Below are positions 18,908 through 27,393 of a stretch of DNA of 64,000 nucleotides, in pieces. A program made the translations under genes and the position numbers. The notes beneath the pieces are model-generated. The model saw nothing but the letters and a program-made list of their open reading frames with translations, was not told the origin of the DNA and did no database searches. Where the stretch lies: sequence record NC_103192.1, one strand, 5' to 3'. The stretch comes from a phage. Numbering within the stretch: position 1 is the stretch's first letter; each line of letters begins with the position of its first letter.

Positions 18908-18935
18908 TTGACAACAAGGTTAATCATGGTATTAT
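18908..18935 (+). promoter_or_regulatory. sigma70-like promoter (TTGACA-16-TATTAT)
   Basis: atagtcgttgacaaca context identical to 10301..10316. Confidence 0.55.
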
Positions 18936-18986
18936 TACCCTACAAGGTGAACAACACCACACTAATTAACAGAGAGGATAAAAATC

Positions 18987-19184
18987 ATGAACGCCTACGG
19001 AATTAAAGTACGTCGCAACACTCGCCAGGTGGTCACCGATCAAATGGTTTGCCGGGTGGATGTAACCATCAACAACGGGCAAGGCCTTTATAAATTCTGT
19101 CGCGGTCAGAGCTATACCCTGCAACAGCTTAATCGTTGCGCCCTGACAAAAGGTCAGATCAACCACTGGTTTAATAAAAAATAA
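18987..19184 (+). CDS. hypothetical protein
   Basis: RBS AGAGAGGA. Confidence 0.55.
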   Translation: MNAYGIKVRRNTRQVVTDQMVCRVDVTINNGQGLYKFCRGQSYTLQQLNRCALTKGQINHWFNKK

Positions 19185-19187
19185 ATA

Positions 19188-19216
19188 TTGACATGTAGTC
19201 TGAAACAAAACATACT
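19188..19216 (+). promoter_or_regulatory. sigma70-like promoter (TTGACA-17-CATACT)
   Basis: A-rich upstream tract. Confidence 0.5.
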
Positions 19217-19248
19217 GAAAGCACAAAAGGCACTAAGAGGATAAAATC

Positions 19249-19647
19249 ATGAAAACCACAACCTTTAATTTTGACAATGCTGACTTCTCTTTTTCTGATG
19301 TTAAAAGCTGCCGCCGTGATCGCGGATTCTACAAGGCCTATAATCTGGTTGGCCTGGACGATGATAATAATTTGCACGAAGTAGCGGAGATCCGGTACTA
19401 TGCCGCCGCCAGCGGTAACACTCACTACTGCGTTTTTTGGATACACGACAACAAGAACAATAAGTACGGTTATACTGGCGGCAAGGCGAGCGGTCACGGT
19501 TATGATAAAGCTAACGCAGCACTTGAGAGCGCATTAAATGCTATGGGGATCACTGCCGACGGCTGGATCTACGAAGAAGGGTTTTTGTCGGCACTTGCTG
19601 ACCACCTAGGCTATAAAAAGCACATTGTAACATGTGCCCACGAATAA
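19249..19647 (+). CDS. hypothetical protein
   Basis: RBS AAGAGGA. Confidence 0.6.
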   Translation: MKTTTFNFDNADFSFSDVKSCRRDRGFYKAYNLVGLDDDNNLHEVAEIRYYAAASGNTHYCVFWIHDNKNNKYGYTGGKASGHGYDKANAALESALNAMGITADGWIYEEGFLSALADHLGYKKHIVTCAHE

Positions 19648-19659
19648 AAAAAAAAATTA

Positions 19660-19687
19660 TTGACACGCTGCAAAATTCAAGTAAACT
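19660..19687 (+). promoter_or_regulatory. sigma70-like promoter (TTGACA-16-TAAACT)
   Basis: Preceded by A11 tract. Confidence 0.45.
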
Positions 19688-19735
19688 ATGCACAAAAGGC
19701 GGGAATGTTTCCCGCCAACACAAAGGAAAAAGATC

Positions 19736-20131
19736 ATGAATAAGAACGTACGCCGCATCATGAACGAACTGGCAAACGATGAAAAAATTATTGACATGCA
19801 TTTAGTCAACATTTGCCGCCGTTGTGTAACATATAACAACCGCGCCGCAAAAGCGCGTGAGATGAACGCAAAAGGCACCTTAAAGCCCTTTCAGGTGGTT
19901 GTAAAATCTATAACTAATGCAGCAGGCCAGGCGCATGACCACAACAACGAGAGCGCTAATATTGATCCGTCTTACGTAATGAAACGGATCCGGACTTGCA
20001 AGAATAAAGAGCAGGTGTATAACGTCATAGATTGGCTGGACTCCCTGGGCGATGTGGTTTACAATAGGTTTTCTGCAGCTATCGAGATCCAGCTTGACAG
20101 ATTGGACGGGAAAGTACTAAAAACTTATTGA
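19736..20131 (+). CDS. hypothetical protein
   Basis: Internal ATG with AAGGAAAAAGA RBS. Confidence 0.55.
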   Translation: MNKNVRRIMNELANDEKIIDMHLVNICRRCVTYNNRAAKAREMNAKGTLKPFQVVVKSITNAAGQAHDHNNESANIDPSYVMKRIRTCKNKEQVYNVIDWLDSLGDVVYNRFSAAIEIQLDRLDGKVLKTY

Positions 20132-20132
20132 G

Positions 20133-20178
20133 TTTATTTTTAGATGGCCTTGACACCAGGGCCATCAATAAAGTAAAC
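20133..20178. repeat. conserved 45-bp intergenic module, copy 1 (T-tract + palindrome GATGGCC-N10-GGCCATC enclosing TTGACA)
   Basis: tttatttttagatggccttgacaccagggccatcaataaagtaaac; near-identical at 20763 and 24499. Confidence 0.6.
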
Positions 20179-20210
20179 TAATCTCAGTTAGGCTAAAAGG
20201 AGGCTTGAAG

Positions 20211-20330
20211 ATGAGCACTACACGCCAGCACACAAAGGTAACCATCATCGTTTGCATCATTGGTTACATCCTGGCGCAAATGTTGATGGGTAGCGCCAAT
20301 GATTTCGCAAAATTTTTCTTAAACTTCTAA
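20211..20330 (+). CDS. small hydrophobic peptide (39 aa), not in ORF track
   Basis: AAAGGAGG 7 nt upstream of ATG; MSTTRQHTKVTIIVCIIGYILAQMLMGSANDFAKFFLNF. Confidence 0.45.
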   Translation: MSTTRQHTKVTIIVCIIGYILAQMLMGSANDFAKFFLNF

Positions 20331-20358
20331 TTGACAAGCTAACTTAAATCAGTATAAT
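20331..20358 (+). promoter_or_regulatory. sigma70-like promoter (TTGACA-16-TATAAT)
   Basis: Perfect hexamers. Confidence 0.6.
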
Positions 20359-20410
20359 ACTAAGCACATAAACGGGAAAACTTCCCAGAACACCAAAAGG
20401 AGAAAACATT

Positions 20411-20761
20411 ATGAATACTTCCATCACTATGACCGCCGAAGAAAAAGCCCTGCAGATCGCCGCTCTGAAAAAACAGATTGCAGAACTTGAAGACAAGATC
20501 GACAATTTTGAAATCGACGAAGACAAACACGACGATAAATATGATGAATGGTTAGACGAGATCTACGGCGAAATCATGATCGGAAACATTTCTTTTCTTC
20601 CGTCGCGTATCCTCAAGGAGCTAGATCCTATCGCTTACCGCTGCGGATTTAGCGACTACATCGACAGCCTAGATATTGAGGACGATGAAGAATACCAGGA
20701 ATTGCAGACAGAGCTCGAAGAAGTGAAAGAGGAGCTTTCAGAGCTGGAAGAAAACGAGTAA
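20411..20761 (+). CDS. hypothetical acidic coiled-coil protein
   Basis: RBS AAAGGAGA. Confidence 0.6.
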   Translation: MNTSITMTAEEKALQIAALKKQIAELEDKIDNFEIDEDKHDDKYDEWLDEIYGEIMIGNISFLPSRILKELDPIAYRCGFSDYIDSLDIEDDEEYQELQTELEEVKEELSELEENE

Positions 20762-20762
20762 A

Positions 20763-20808
20763 TTTATTTTTAGATGGCCTTGACACCAGGGCCATCAATA
20801 AAGTAAAC
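20763..20808. repeat. conserved 45-bp intergenic module, copy 2
   Basis: Identical core to 20133. Confidence 0.6.
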
Positions 20809-20850
20809 TTTATACTGTTAACACTTAACCAATACAGAGGAGTTAAAACC

Positions 20851-21096
20851 ATGGCCGCACTAATTACCAAATATTATGCCCCTACCAACACCAAAAGCGC
20901 CCGTATCATGGTAAAAGGCTTCGGACGTAAAAAGGTGTACACCTGGGATTATTCCCTAGACATGGAAGACAACTACACCAACGCGATGACAGATTTTATT
21001 AATGAGCTGAACACGCGGATCTTGACAAATTATAAAATTACCGATATTGCCTATGTAGGGGAAGGCGGGATCTGTTTTGTCGGTATCGTCAAATAA
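20851..21096 (+). CDS. hypothetical protein
   Basis: RBS CAGAGGAG. Confidence 0.6.
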   Translation: MAALITKYYAPTNTKSARIMVKGFGRKKVYTWDYSLDMEDNYTNAMTDFINELNTRILTNYKITDIAYVGEGGICFVGIVK

Positions 21097-21099
21097 ACT

Positions 21100-21145
21100 G
21101 TTTTTTCGGTGGTCCTGGTAGCAGGGCCATCTATAAAGATAGTTT
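21100..21145. repeat. degenerate variant of 45-bp module (hairpin retained, no TTGACA)
   Basis: ttttttcggtggtcctggtagcagggccatctataaag. Confidence 0.35.
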
Positions 21146-21172
21146 ATCAACACAATGAAAGGAGAAAGTAAC

Positions 21173-21520
21173 ATGATCAGCGGGGCAAGTTTTATTATTG
21201 GCGCTATTGCTACGGCTTTAATTGTAAACAAGATCCAGGATAAAAAGGAAAGTACCGCCCTTGCAGAATATCCATTTTGGACATTCAACGATAATGAAGA
21301 TTATATTGTAAAGTATAAAAATAAAGAAGGTGACCAAGTAACACCGCGACCGATCCCGGCTTACAAAATGCAGGAAACACTGTACCGCCTGGAAGCGGGG
21401 GGCGCAAAAATTGTAGACTTTTGGGGATACGATCACACAGATCAGGAAGTTATAAAGCGCCGTATCCGGGCTATTCAGGCCAATATCGAAGTTAGTAAGG
21501 GGGGAATATATGAAGATTAA
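21173..21520 (+). CDS. hypothetical protein with N-terminal hydrophobic segment
   Basis: RBS GAAAGGAGA. Confidence 0.55.
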   Translation: MISGASFIIGAIATALIVNKIQDKKESTALAEYPFWTFNDNEDYIVKYKNKEGDQVTPRPIPAYKMQETLYRLEAGGAKIVDFWGYDHTDQEVIKRRIRAIQANIEVSKGGIYED

Positions 21521-21707
21521 TTTTGAAAAGATTGTAAAGCGATCTCATGATTCCGAAGAGCTGCCGGAACGCCGCCAGCGTAACAATAAACTGAATAAGC
21601 CAAAAAGATTTGGGAAGATCTGGCGGAATCATTATGATCGCAAATTACCGGGCCTGCTTTTGGAACGTGAACGACAGGCGGAACGATACCGCCACAAAGG
21701 CAAATAA
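21510..21707 (+). CDS. hypothetical basic protein
   Basis: 65-aa ORF. Confidence 0.45.
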   Translation: MKINFEKIVKRSHDSEELPERRQRNNKLNKPKRFGKIWRNHYDRKLPGLLLERERQAERYRHKGK

Positions 21708-21715
21708 CAACCAAC

Positions 21716-21741
21716 GCCCCGCCATTGTGCGGGGCTTTTTA
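21716..21741 (+). terminator. rho-independent terminator
   Basis: gccccgc-cattgt-gcggggc + TTTTTATTT. Confidence 0.6.
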
Positions 21742-21888
21742 TTTCTATCCTACGAATAGCGCCCCTGGTTGGCCCCACAAACGCCACAAAAGCCCCTACC
21801 TATGCAATCCCCTTTCTTAATCTGAAAACATCACCCAGGGCCGTTTTATGGCGTTAAAAATATTATTGACAGTTATTTTATTTAAAGC

Positions 21889-21917
21889 TTGACACCTTGG
21901 AATAGTCCGGATATACT
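21889..21917 (+). promoter_or_regulatory. sigma70-like promoter (TTGACA-17-TATACT)
   Basis: AT-rich UP-like region with second TTGACA 23 bp upstream. Confidence 0.6.
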
Positions 21918-21952
21918 AGCCACATCAAAGCAAGAAGGAAGGAGTAAACGCC

Positions 21953-22213
21953 ATGCGTAAATTGAAAAATTTTGATAAGGTCGATGCAGTACTAAATAAT
22001 TTTTACTACTGCAATAATAAAGCCGTTTGGTGGCGTGATAGTTCCACCGATAAAGTTAAAGCGCGCTTTCTCCAGGGGCACTGGCAAGGCCGCCCAGTGA
22101 TTAAAATCTTGGGGCAATTGGTAGCGTTTAAAAATTGCCGCCGTGTTGATGACGTTGAAGAGATTTTAAACATTTTGCGCCACAATAATTTAAAAAATAG
22201 TGTTGACAAGTAA
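21953..22213 (+). CDS. hypothetical protein
   Basis: RBS AAGGAAGGAG. Confidence 0.6.
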   Translation: MRKLKNFDKVDAVLNNFYYCNNKAVWWRDSSTDKVKARFLQGHWQGRPVIKILGQLVAFKNCRRVDDVEEILNILRHNNLKNSVDK

Positions 22214-22230
22214 GTATCAATAAGTATACT
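22203..22230 (+). promoter_or_regulatory. sigma70-like promoter (TTGACA-16-TATACT)
   Basis: Overlaps 3' end of upstream gene. Confidence 0.55.
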
Positions 22231-22285
22231 TAAACACAGGCGGGAAAACTTCCCGCCACTAACAAAGAAAATAGGAGAAAATATC

Positions 22286-22909
22286 ATGACCACCGTTAAC
22301 ATTACCACAGGTTACAATTTAGCTTTCGACGTGCTGACCGACGAACAAAAAGAAAAAGCCGTTGAAATGGTCCGAGAAAGAGAAGAACACAGCGGGGATA
22401 ACTTTTTTGCAGAAAGTGTAATTGAAGACTATAAAGAATATGTCTTTCCAGAGTATGGCCTTGAAGATACCAAGGTACATTGGTCCGGCTTTTGGTGTCA
22501 GGGTGACGGCGCGTCAATCAGTGCGGAAAACGTGGATTTAGAAAAATTCTTGCGTAAAGTCAAGTCTCTGACTAAATTTCGCTCAATTCGTCACTTGTTC
22601 GGCACAATGCACGATGGCGAACTATCCGCAAGTGTTGAGCGTGATCCATATAGCCGCTATAGCCACGAAAACACTGTAAACGGGTACATCGATACTACAT
22701 GGCTAGACCTGACCGCCAAACAAGAAGATAAAGTGGAAGATTTGGAAGAACTGATCACCGAGACGGTACGGGAGCTATCCCGCAAGGTTTACGTAGACTT
22801 GGAAGCGGCCTATTTGGAGCAATTCACATCTGAAAACCTGATCAACCTTATTAAGGACAATGATTGGCGGTTTGATGTAGATGAACATGGCGAGATGACT
22901 TTTTCATAA
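22286..22909 (+). CDS. hypothetical acidic protein (207 aa)
   Basis: RBS ATAGGAGA. Confidence 0.65.
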   Translation: MTTVNITTGYNLAFDVLTDEQKEKAVEMVREREEHSGDNFFAESVIEDYKEYVFPEYGLEDTKVHWSGFWCQGDGASISAENVDLEKFLRKVKSLTKFRSIRHLFGTMHDGELSASVERDPYSRYSHENTVNGYIDTTWLDLTAKQEDKVEDLEELITETVRELSRKVYVDLEAAYLEQFTSENLINLIKDNDWRFDVDEHGEMTFS

Positions 22910-22917
22910 ATAAAGTG

Positions 22918-22946
22918 TTGCAATAACCTAAAAACCTGCTATATTA
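22918..22946 (+). promoter_or_regulatory. sigma70-like promoter (TTGCAA-16/17-TATATT)
   Basis: Near-consensus hexamers. Confidence 0.45.
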
Positions 22947-22998
22947 AAACTCAAGGGGGCAAGACGTTTGCCCCACACAAAACAAAGAGGAAAACATT

Positions 22999-23379
22999 AT
23001 GAAAAACACTACTAAAGCTATTGACACCGTTATGTTTAACCTGGTTACCTTTCGCGAGGATATGAAAGATCTTCCACGTGAAACAGTGTGCGATCACATT
23101 GAAAACTATCGCAAACTAATCAAAGAGTTGCCTTTAAAACGTGACCAGTATGCGGCTAACGCTATGCTCAACGCCATGATCAAAAAGATGATTCAGTGTG
23201 ATTTAACCCTGGCCTATGATTATGCAGGTGGTCGTTTTGCAGTATATAATCAGCCCGTGCCTGGTATGGGCACCACCGAAGAATTGCACGCGCTCAATCT
23301 AAAACAAGACGTGTGGGATAGTATGCCTCGCGTGGTGGTGTGGGCAGAAAGCGGAAAGATTTACGGCGATAATTTTTAA
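22999..23379 (+). CDS. hypothetical protein
   Basis: RBS AAAGAGGAA. Confidence 0.6.
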   Translation: MKNTTKAIDTVMFNLVTFREDMKDLPRETVCDHIENYRKLIKELPLKRDQYAANAMLNAMIKKMIQCDLTLAYDYAGGRFAVYNQPVPGMGTTEELHALNLKQDVWDSMPRVVVWAESGKIYGDNF

Positions 23380-23391
23380 TCAAGAACAGAC

Positions 23392-23417
23392 GGCGGCATA
23401 TTTGCCGCCTTATTGTT
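23392..23417 (+). terminator. possible terminator (ggcggc-atattt-gccgcc + T-rich)
   Basis: 6-bp GC stem. Confidence 0.4.
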
Positions 23418-23445
23418 AAACAGAACTGCAAAAGAGGTACATAGA

Positions 23446-23817
23446 ATGGAATTTATTATTTTGGCTGTATTAGTTGCCTTGTTTAACGCCTGGATCGCTG
23501 GCAAGATGGGTAGATCCGCCTTTTTATGGTTTATTATATCTATTTTCCTGGGGGTGGTTGCAACTATTGTATTAGTTATCCTTGCAATTGTTGACAAGGG
23601 CGATAATAGAAAGGGTAAAGTATTTTCAGACCTGTACGACGCTCAAACGTTTGTCAACGCATATTATAGTGATCTTCCAGTCTCCCTACGCTGCAGCCTG
23701 GCACAACAAGTTTTCGATGAGGCTAAAACCAGAGATCAAGCCCATGAGATATGTTTAACTGAGGCGGATCGCCTATTTGAGAGGAATAGAAAATATGTGG
23801 GCCAACCGTTTAAATAA
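23446..23817 (+). CDS. hypothetical membrane protein
   Basis: Two hydrophobic helices; RBS AAAGAGG. Confidence 0.55.
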   Translation: MEFIILAVLVALFNAWIAGKMGRSAFLWFIISIFLGVVATIVLVILAIVDKGDNRKGKVFSDLYDAQTFVNAYYSDLPVSLRCSLAQQVFDEAKTRDQAHEICLTEADRLFERNRKYVGQPFK

Positions 23818-24040
23818 TGCCACGTTAATTAATCCCTTTAGTGAAGATTTGAAGCCAGCCGCCTGGCGTGATGGATTCAATACCGAACGCTTTATTTTCA
23901 GGCCTGATCTTGAGGAATTTTATAACAATGGATCGAACAACGACAGAGATAATTTTTCTTGTGATGTGCGTAGTGATGGTACTCCTGGGGGCCATTGTAA
24001 ACCACGTCACTACTACCAGGAGGAAAGGGGGAGACGATGA
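23795..24040 (+). CDS. hypothetical protein
   Basis: ORF with GAGGAA RBS, overlaps upstream gene. Confidence 0.35.
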   Translation: MWANRLNNATLINPFSEDLKPAAWRDGFNTERFIFRPDLEEFYNNGSNNDRDNFSCDVRSDGTPGGHCKPRHYYQEERGRR

Positions 24041-24161
24041 CACCCAAGGATAAGCCACGCACCGATAAGGCGCGCCGTGTTATGGTGTGGCTGGAGATCA
24101 TCGCCCTTGAAATATTGTTAGGCGTAGGGATGTACTTTATCGCTATAAGTAACTAAGAACG

Positions 24162-24187
24162 GCCCCCGATCATGGGGCTTATCTTTT
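24162..24187 (+). terminator. possible terminator (gcccc-cgatcat-ggggc + TTATCTTTTT)
   Basis: Short GC stem with T-rich tail. Confidence 0.45.
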
Positions 24188-24295
24188 TAAAAAATTTTTC
24201 TTCTAGGGTGTTGCAATCCGGTCCGAGATGTGGATAATGACAATCAACGGGGAGCCAATCCCCACCAACACAAAAAACCAGAAAGGAGAAACAAA

Positions 24296-24496
24296 ATGAG
24301 CAACAATATCCGCGTTATTAACTTCAAAAAAGAAGAAAAAATTGCCGTGCTGATTGACGGTCAAGAAATCTTCAAGGGCGATTATGAAGATCATCAAACG
24401 GCGATTAGTATCACTCGCGTGATCGGTTACCATAATTTCTACCCCCAAGGCGCTGAGGCAGCAGTTAAACGAATCAAAGAGATTGTAGGCCTGTAA
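24296..24496 (+). CDS. hypothetical protein
   Basis: RBS AAAGGAGA. Confidence 0.55.
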   Translation: MSNNIRVINFKKEEKIAVLIDGQEIFKGDYEDHQTAISITRVIGYHNFYPQGAEAAVKRIKEIVGL

Positions 24497-24498
24497 AA

Positions 24499-24544
24499 TT
24501 TATTTTTAGATGGCCTTGACATCAGGGCCATCAATAAAGTAAAT
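24499..24544. repeat. conserved 45-bp intergenic module, copy 3
   Basis: tttatttttagatggccttgacatcagggccatcaataaagtaaat. Confidence 0.6.
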
Positions 24545-24587
24545 TTAAACCCTGTTAAAATAATCAGTGCAAAAAGGAGTAATGATC

Positions 24588-24887
24588 ATGTTTATACCCG
24601 CCAATAATCTTTATTTCTTTGATGGTCAGATCGTAGACGGTGTGGAAGTCGAGATCACTGGATGTCAAGGCGGTCAGGCAATGATCTTTCGCAATAGTGC
24701 CTTTAACGATCAATTCATTACAATGACCATGGAAGTTAAAAAGCTGGACGATAAGAAAACGCTCATTGACTATTCCGTGAAAGATCATCCAGACTACCAC
24801 ATGATCTATGGTGATTTGTGCATTGTTGACCGTGACAAGGTGGGCGGCATTGTGATCGCTATTGTGAACGATGTTTTCTCAAACTAA
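24588..24887 (+). CDS. hypothetical protein
   Basis: RBS AAAAGGAG. Confidence 0.6.
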   Translation: MFIPANNLYFFDGQIVDGVEVEITGCQGGQAMIFRNSAFNDQFITMTMEVKKLDDKKTLIDYSVKDHPDYHMIYGDLCIVDRDKVGGIVIAIVNDVFSN

Positions 24888-24904
24888 TTTCAGCAGGTGA
24901 TTTT

Positions 24905-25255
24905 ATGAAAGTAAAACTATATTACCTTAATGAGCTTAACCCCCTTGCCCAGGTCCGCGCCCTGGCTAATACCTTGATTTGTGAGAAATCTGCATATTGT
25001 GTTGAGCTTAACGCCATGCGTGAACGTCTTAAAGGGGGTTACTTTGACATCCATGCTGCAATCAACGGCCTGAATATGGGATTTATACGCTTACGTAACA
25101 GCCGCCGGAATCTGGCAAGAATGGAACAAGATCCGGCCCACCTTCGTAAGCTGGTTATTGAAAACCATCTGATGTTTAATGCCGAGGGTGATTATTACCA
25201 TTTTCACCGCAAACGCTGGTACCGTGGCGGCAATACAGGCAAGAGTGCAAAATAA
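24905..25255 (+). CDS. hypothetical protein
   Basis: 116-aa ORF. Confidence 0.55.
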   Translation: MKVKLYYLNELNPLAQVRALANTLICEKSAYCVELNAMRERLKGGYFDIHAAINGLNMGFIRLRNSRRNLARMEQDPAHLRKLVIENHLMFNAEGDYYHFHRKRWYRGGNTGKSAK

Positions 25256-25292
25256 GGCCCCAGGCAGGGCCTGCAGCGATATAATCACATAA

Positions 25293-25325
25293 AGGCTATG
25301 CGGTTGCATGGCCTTTATTATTTTA
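25293..25325 (+). terminator. rho-independent terminator
   Basis: 9-bp stem aggctatgc/gcatggcct, loop GGTT, then TTATTATTTT. Confidence 0.55.
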
Positions 25326-25456
25326 GCGTTACAGCGGCCTCCAAGGCGCTTAAAAATTTTTAAAGAAGTACTTGCATCAAGCCCTACAATATGGATAATA
25401 GGACGTGTCAGGGGGGCGGCCCCCAATCATTAACCAGATAGATAGGAGTTAAAACC

Positions 25457-25741
25457 ATGGCTATTGTTACCGCTGGCGATGTAGTAGAAATGGAAGCAAA
25501 ATACTTAAAAGCTGGTATGCATATCATCCGCAATGATCTTGATCTGGTCCTCACTATGGTTGATTATAACCCTGGTCAAGATTATCCAAGCGTTGACTAC
25601 TTTTTCCAGTATGTTGATGAAGAATTAAAAGAGGATGAGGCTTATCGGGGTGAATTTTGTAATTTCTTTTGCCCTGATGAGGTTGTAAAAGTTATTTATC
25701 AACCTGGCGTACCTTTCCCGTTGCACGCTATCAATAAATAA
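25457..25741 (+). CDS. hypothetical protein
   Basis: RBS GATAGGAG. Confidence 0.6.
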   Translation: MAIVTAGDVVEMEAKYLKAGMHIIRNDLDLVLTMVDYNPGQDYPSVDYFFQYVDEELKEDEAYRGEFCNFFCPDEVVKVIYQPGVPFPLHAINK

Positions 25742-25807
25742 ACCTGGAGGGGCCGATAAGGCCCCCACCCAACCTGAGATTATGAAAATAAAGAGAGACA
25801 AATCATC

Positions 25808-26041
25808 ATGATGGAACAAATTAAACGCGCTGAGGCTATTAATGGCAATGTGATCTATTTTGTCAGCAAAAACGAAAAAGGCGTACCATATGCGGCGGTA
25901 ATAGTACAGCCTGACGGCAATTATTGGTTTACTGTATACGGATCTTATTCTTTCGGGCGTCCGGTGCATGATAGAATTTTGAAAGTAGCGAACCCCACCG
26001 GGAAGAATATCACGGCAGAAAAATTTTTTGAAAATAATTGA
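25808..26041 (+). CDS. hypothetical protein
   Basis: 77-aa ORF. Confidence 0.55.
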   Translation: MMEQIKRAEAINGNVIYFVSKNEKGVPYAAVIVQPDGNYWFTVYGSYSFGRPVHDRILKVANPTGKNITAEKFFENN

Positions 26042-26066
26042 CAACGTTTTAAATTAGTTTAAGATG
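26039..26066 (+). promoter_or_regulatory. sigma70-like promoter (TTGACA-16-TAAGAT)
   Basis: Shares taagatgtatcacgtagggc downstream context with promoter at 27394. Confidence 0.5.
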
Positions 26067-26119
26067 TATCACGTAGGGGCAAGCGCCCTATTAAACGCAA
26101 CAAGAAGAGGATAAACACC

Positions 26120-26359
26120 ATGAAAAGCAGTAAAGGTTATAACGGTTGGAAAAACTTTAATCAGTGGAACGTTGTTCTGTGGATCAATAATGACGAAAGT
26201 ATGTACTTTTTCGCCCTGGGCCTGATTAATGAGTGTGGTAATAAAGGTGCGGCGGCTGATTTGATGTGCTACCGTTTGAAACAGGAAGGGATCACCCATA
26301 CCCCTGACGGTGTGCCTTATACTAAAACCAATATCCGCGCCGCTATGGTTGGAATGTGA
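26120..26359 (+). CDS. hypothetical protein
   Basis: RBS AAGAGGA. Confidence 0.6.
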   Translation: MKSSKGYNGWKNFNQWNVVLWINNDESMYFFALGLINECGNKGAAADLMCYRLKQEGITHTPDGVPYTKTNIRAAMVGM

Positions 26360-26368
26360 TAAAATAGC

Positions 26369-26396
26369 TTGACACTGTTTTTTATTCTGGTATAGT
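26369..26396 (+). promoter_or_regulatory. sigma70-like promoter (TTGACA-16-TATAGT)
   Basis: Consensus -35. Confidence 0.55.
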
Positions 26397-26448
26397 TTAT
26401 CACATAGGGCGGCAATAGTGCCGCTCACAACTAAAAAGGGAAATCATC

Positions 26449-26643
26449 ATGGCGCTTAAAAAACTAACAAGCAATACTCGTTGGGATGAAATCGACGGGG
26501 AAGTTTACATTTTTGCCCGTAAACCAGGGGATCAAAAATGGTCAAAGGCTTTTACTTGCCACCCTGCAACAATAGATCTAATAAAAAGTAAAGGTTTACG
26601 TGAAGCAGTAGCGAGAAGTTTACTGATCCCTTATAAAAAATAG
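26449..26643 (+). CDS. hypothetical protein
   Basis: RBS AAAAGGGAAA. Confidence 0.55.
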   Translation: MALKKLTSNTRWDEIDGEVYIFARKPGDQKWSKAFTCHPATIDLIKSKGLREAVARSLLIPYKK

Positions 26644-26644
26644 T

Positions 26645-26672
26645 TTGACAATATCGCACTAACCTTTAAAAT
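26645..26672 (+). promoter_or_regulatory. sigma70-like promoter (TTGACA-16-TAAAAT)
   Basis: Consensus -35. Confidence 0.45.
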
Positions 26673-26703
26673 GTTCTCTGTTACGTATCTTTAAAGGTGT
26701 AAC

Positions 26704-26883
26704 ATGTTCCAATCAATCATTGATGTTCTATCAGTCGCTAACAACGTGATGAACGTCATTACAATGATTAAACTTGTTGCGTGGTTTGTTTCTGGGGATT
26801 ATCGCTATACTAAGTGGCGCAAGCCAACCATAAAAGACGTAGCAAAGATCTTGTTTGAAGCAATGACAGAATATTATCTATAA
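26704..26883 (+). CDS. small hypothetical protein (59 aa), not in ORF track
   Basis: ATG after AAAGGTG; occupies otherwise empty gap between two promoters. Confidence 0.4.
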   Translation: MFQSIIDVLSVANNVMNVITMIKLVAWFVSGDYRYTKWRKPTIKDVAKILFEAMTEYYL

Positions 26884-26896
26884 CGATTATTTTTTG

Positions 26897-26925
26897 TTGA
26901 CATCTTGGGATTGCTCTTTTACTAT
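26897..26925 (+). promoter_or_regulatory. sigma70-like promoter (TTGACA-17-TACTAT)
   Basis: Consensus -35. Confidence 0.5.
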
Positions 26926-26979
26926 TAACGTGACTCGAAGGCCGTAACTGGTACGGCCTGATTCGAAAGGTGAATTAAT

Positions 26980-27180
26980 ATGAAACGTTTTACTTATGGC
27001 GTTGTTGGTGGGTATGTATCTAACCGTTTTTACAATACCGAGCGTGGTGCTAAAAATGCCGCTACCCGTGAACATGGCAATAGTGTGAATTTACAAATTG
27101 GTTATATTAGCAACATTAGTGGTATGTTTATTCCGGTTGCTCAACGCGGCATGTATTGCATAAACTGGATGCCAATGTAA
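26980..27180 (+). CDS. hypothetical protein
   Basis: RBS GAAAGGTG. Confidence 0.55.
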   Translation: MKRFTYGVVGGYVSNRFYNTERGAKNAATREHGNSVNLQIGYISNISGMFIPVAQRGMYCINWMPM

Positions 27181-27195
27181 AAAGGAGTAATAAAA

Positions 27196-27387
27196 ATGAA
27201 TGCCGAACAAGTTAGAAAGGTATTGGCGGTACTGCGTTATCATAATCATAGAAAGGTCATAGACGATCCTGATTATGTTGATTCAAGCCTGGAAGAAGGC
27301 ACATTGCAAGCTATAAGCCATATGCAAGAATTGCTTAAGCGTATGACAGAGAAAAACAGATCTGATTATATAGGTGACGAGATCTAA
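27196..27387 (+). CDS. hypothetical protein
   Basis: RBS AAAAGGAG. Confidence 0.55.
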   Translation: MNAEQVRKVLAVLRYHNHRKVIDDPDYVDSSLEEGTLQAISHMQELLKRMTEKNRSDYIGDEI

Positions 27388-27393
27388 AATAGC

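Noticed and set aside
18369-18917. ORF-track entries 18369..18650 (+) and 18642..18917 (-) as protein-coding genes.
   Set aside because: They coincide with the GC-rich repeat elements, lack RBSs, and their translations are low-complexity (Pro/Gly/Ala-rich) as expected from repeats.
17765-18960. Looked for tRNA genes in the gene-free gaps (17765-18960 and 29090-31600).
   Set aside because: No cloverleaf-compatible segments with T-loop-like GGTTCGAAT/TTCRANYC boxes or CCA-adjacent acceptor stems found by eye; a tRNA-scanning program would be needed to be sure.
20133-20178. The 45-bp conserved modules as ordinary rho-independent terminators.
   Set aside because: On the plus strand the T-run precedes the hairpin and on the minus strand an A-run follows it, so neither orientation has the hairpin-then-U-tract geometry.
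25745-25775. Hairpin gggggccgataaggccccc after the gene ending at 25741 as a terminator.
   Set aside because: No U-tract follows the stem, so I did not list it as a terminator; it may still be a structural or processing element.
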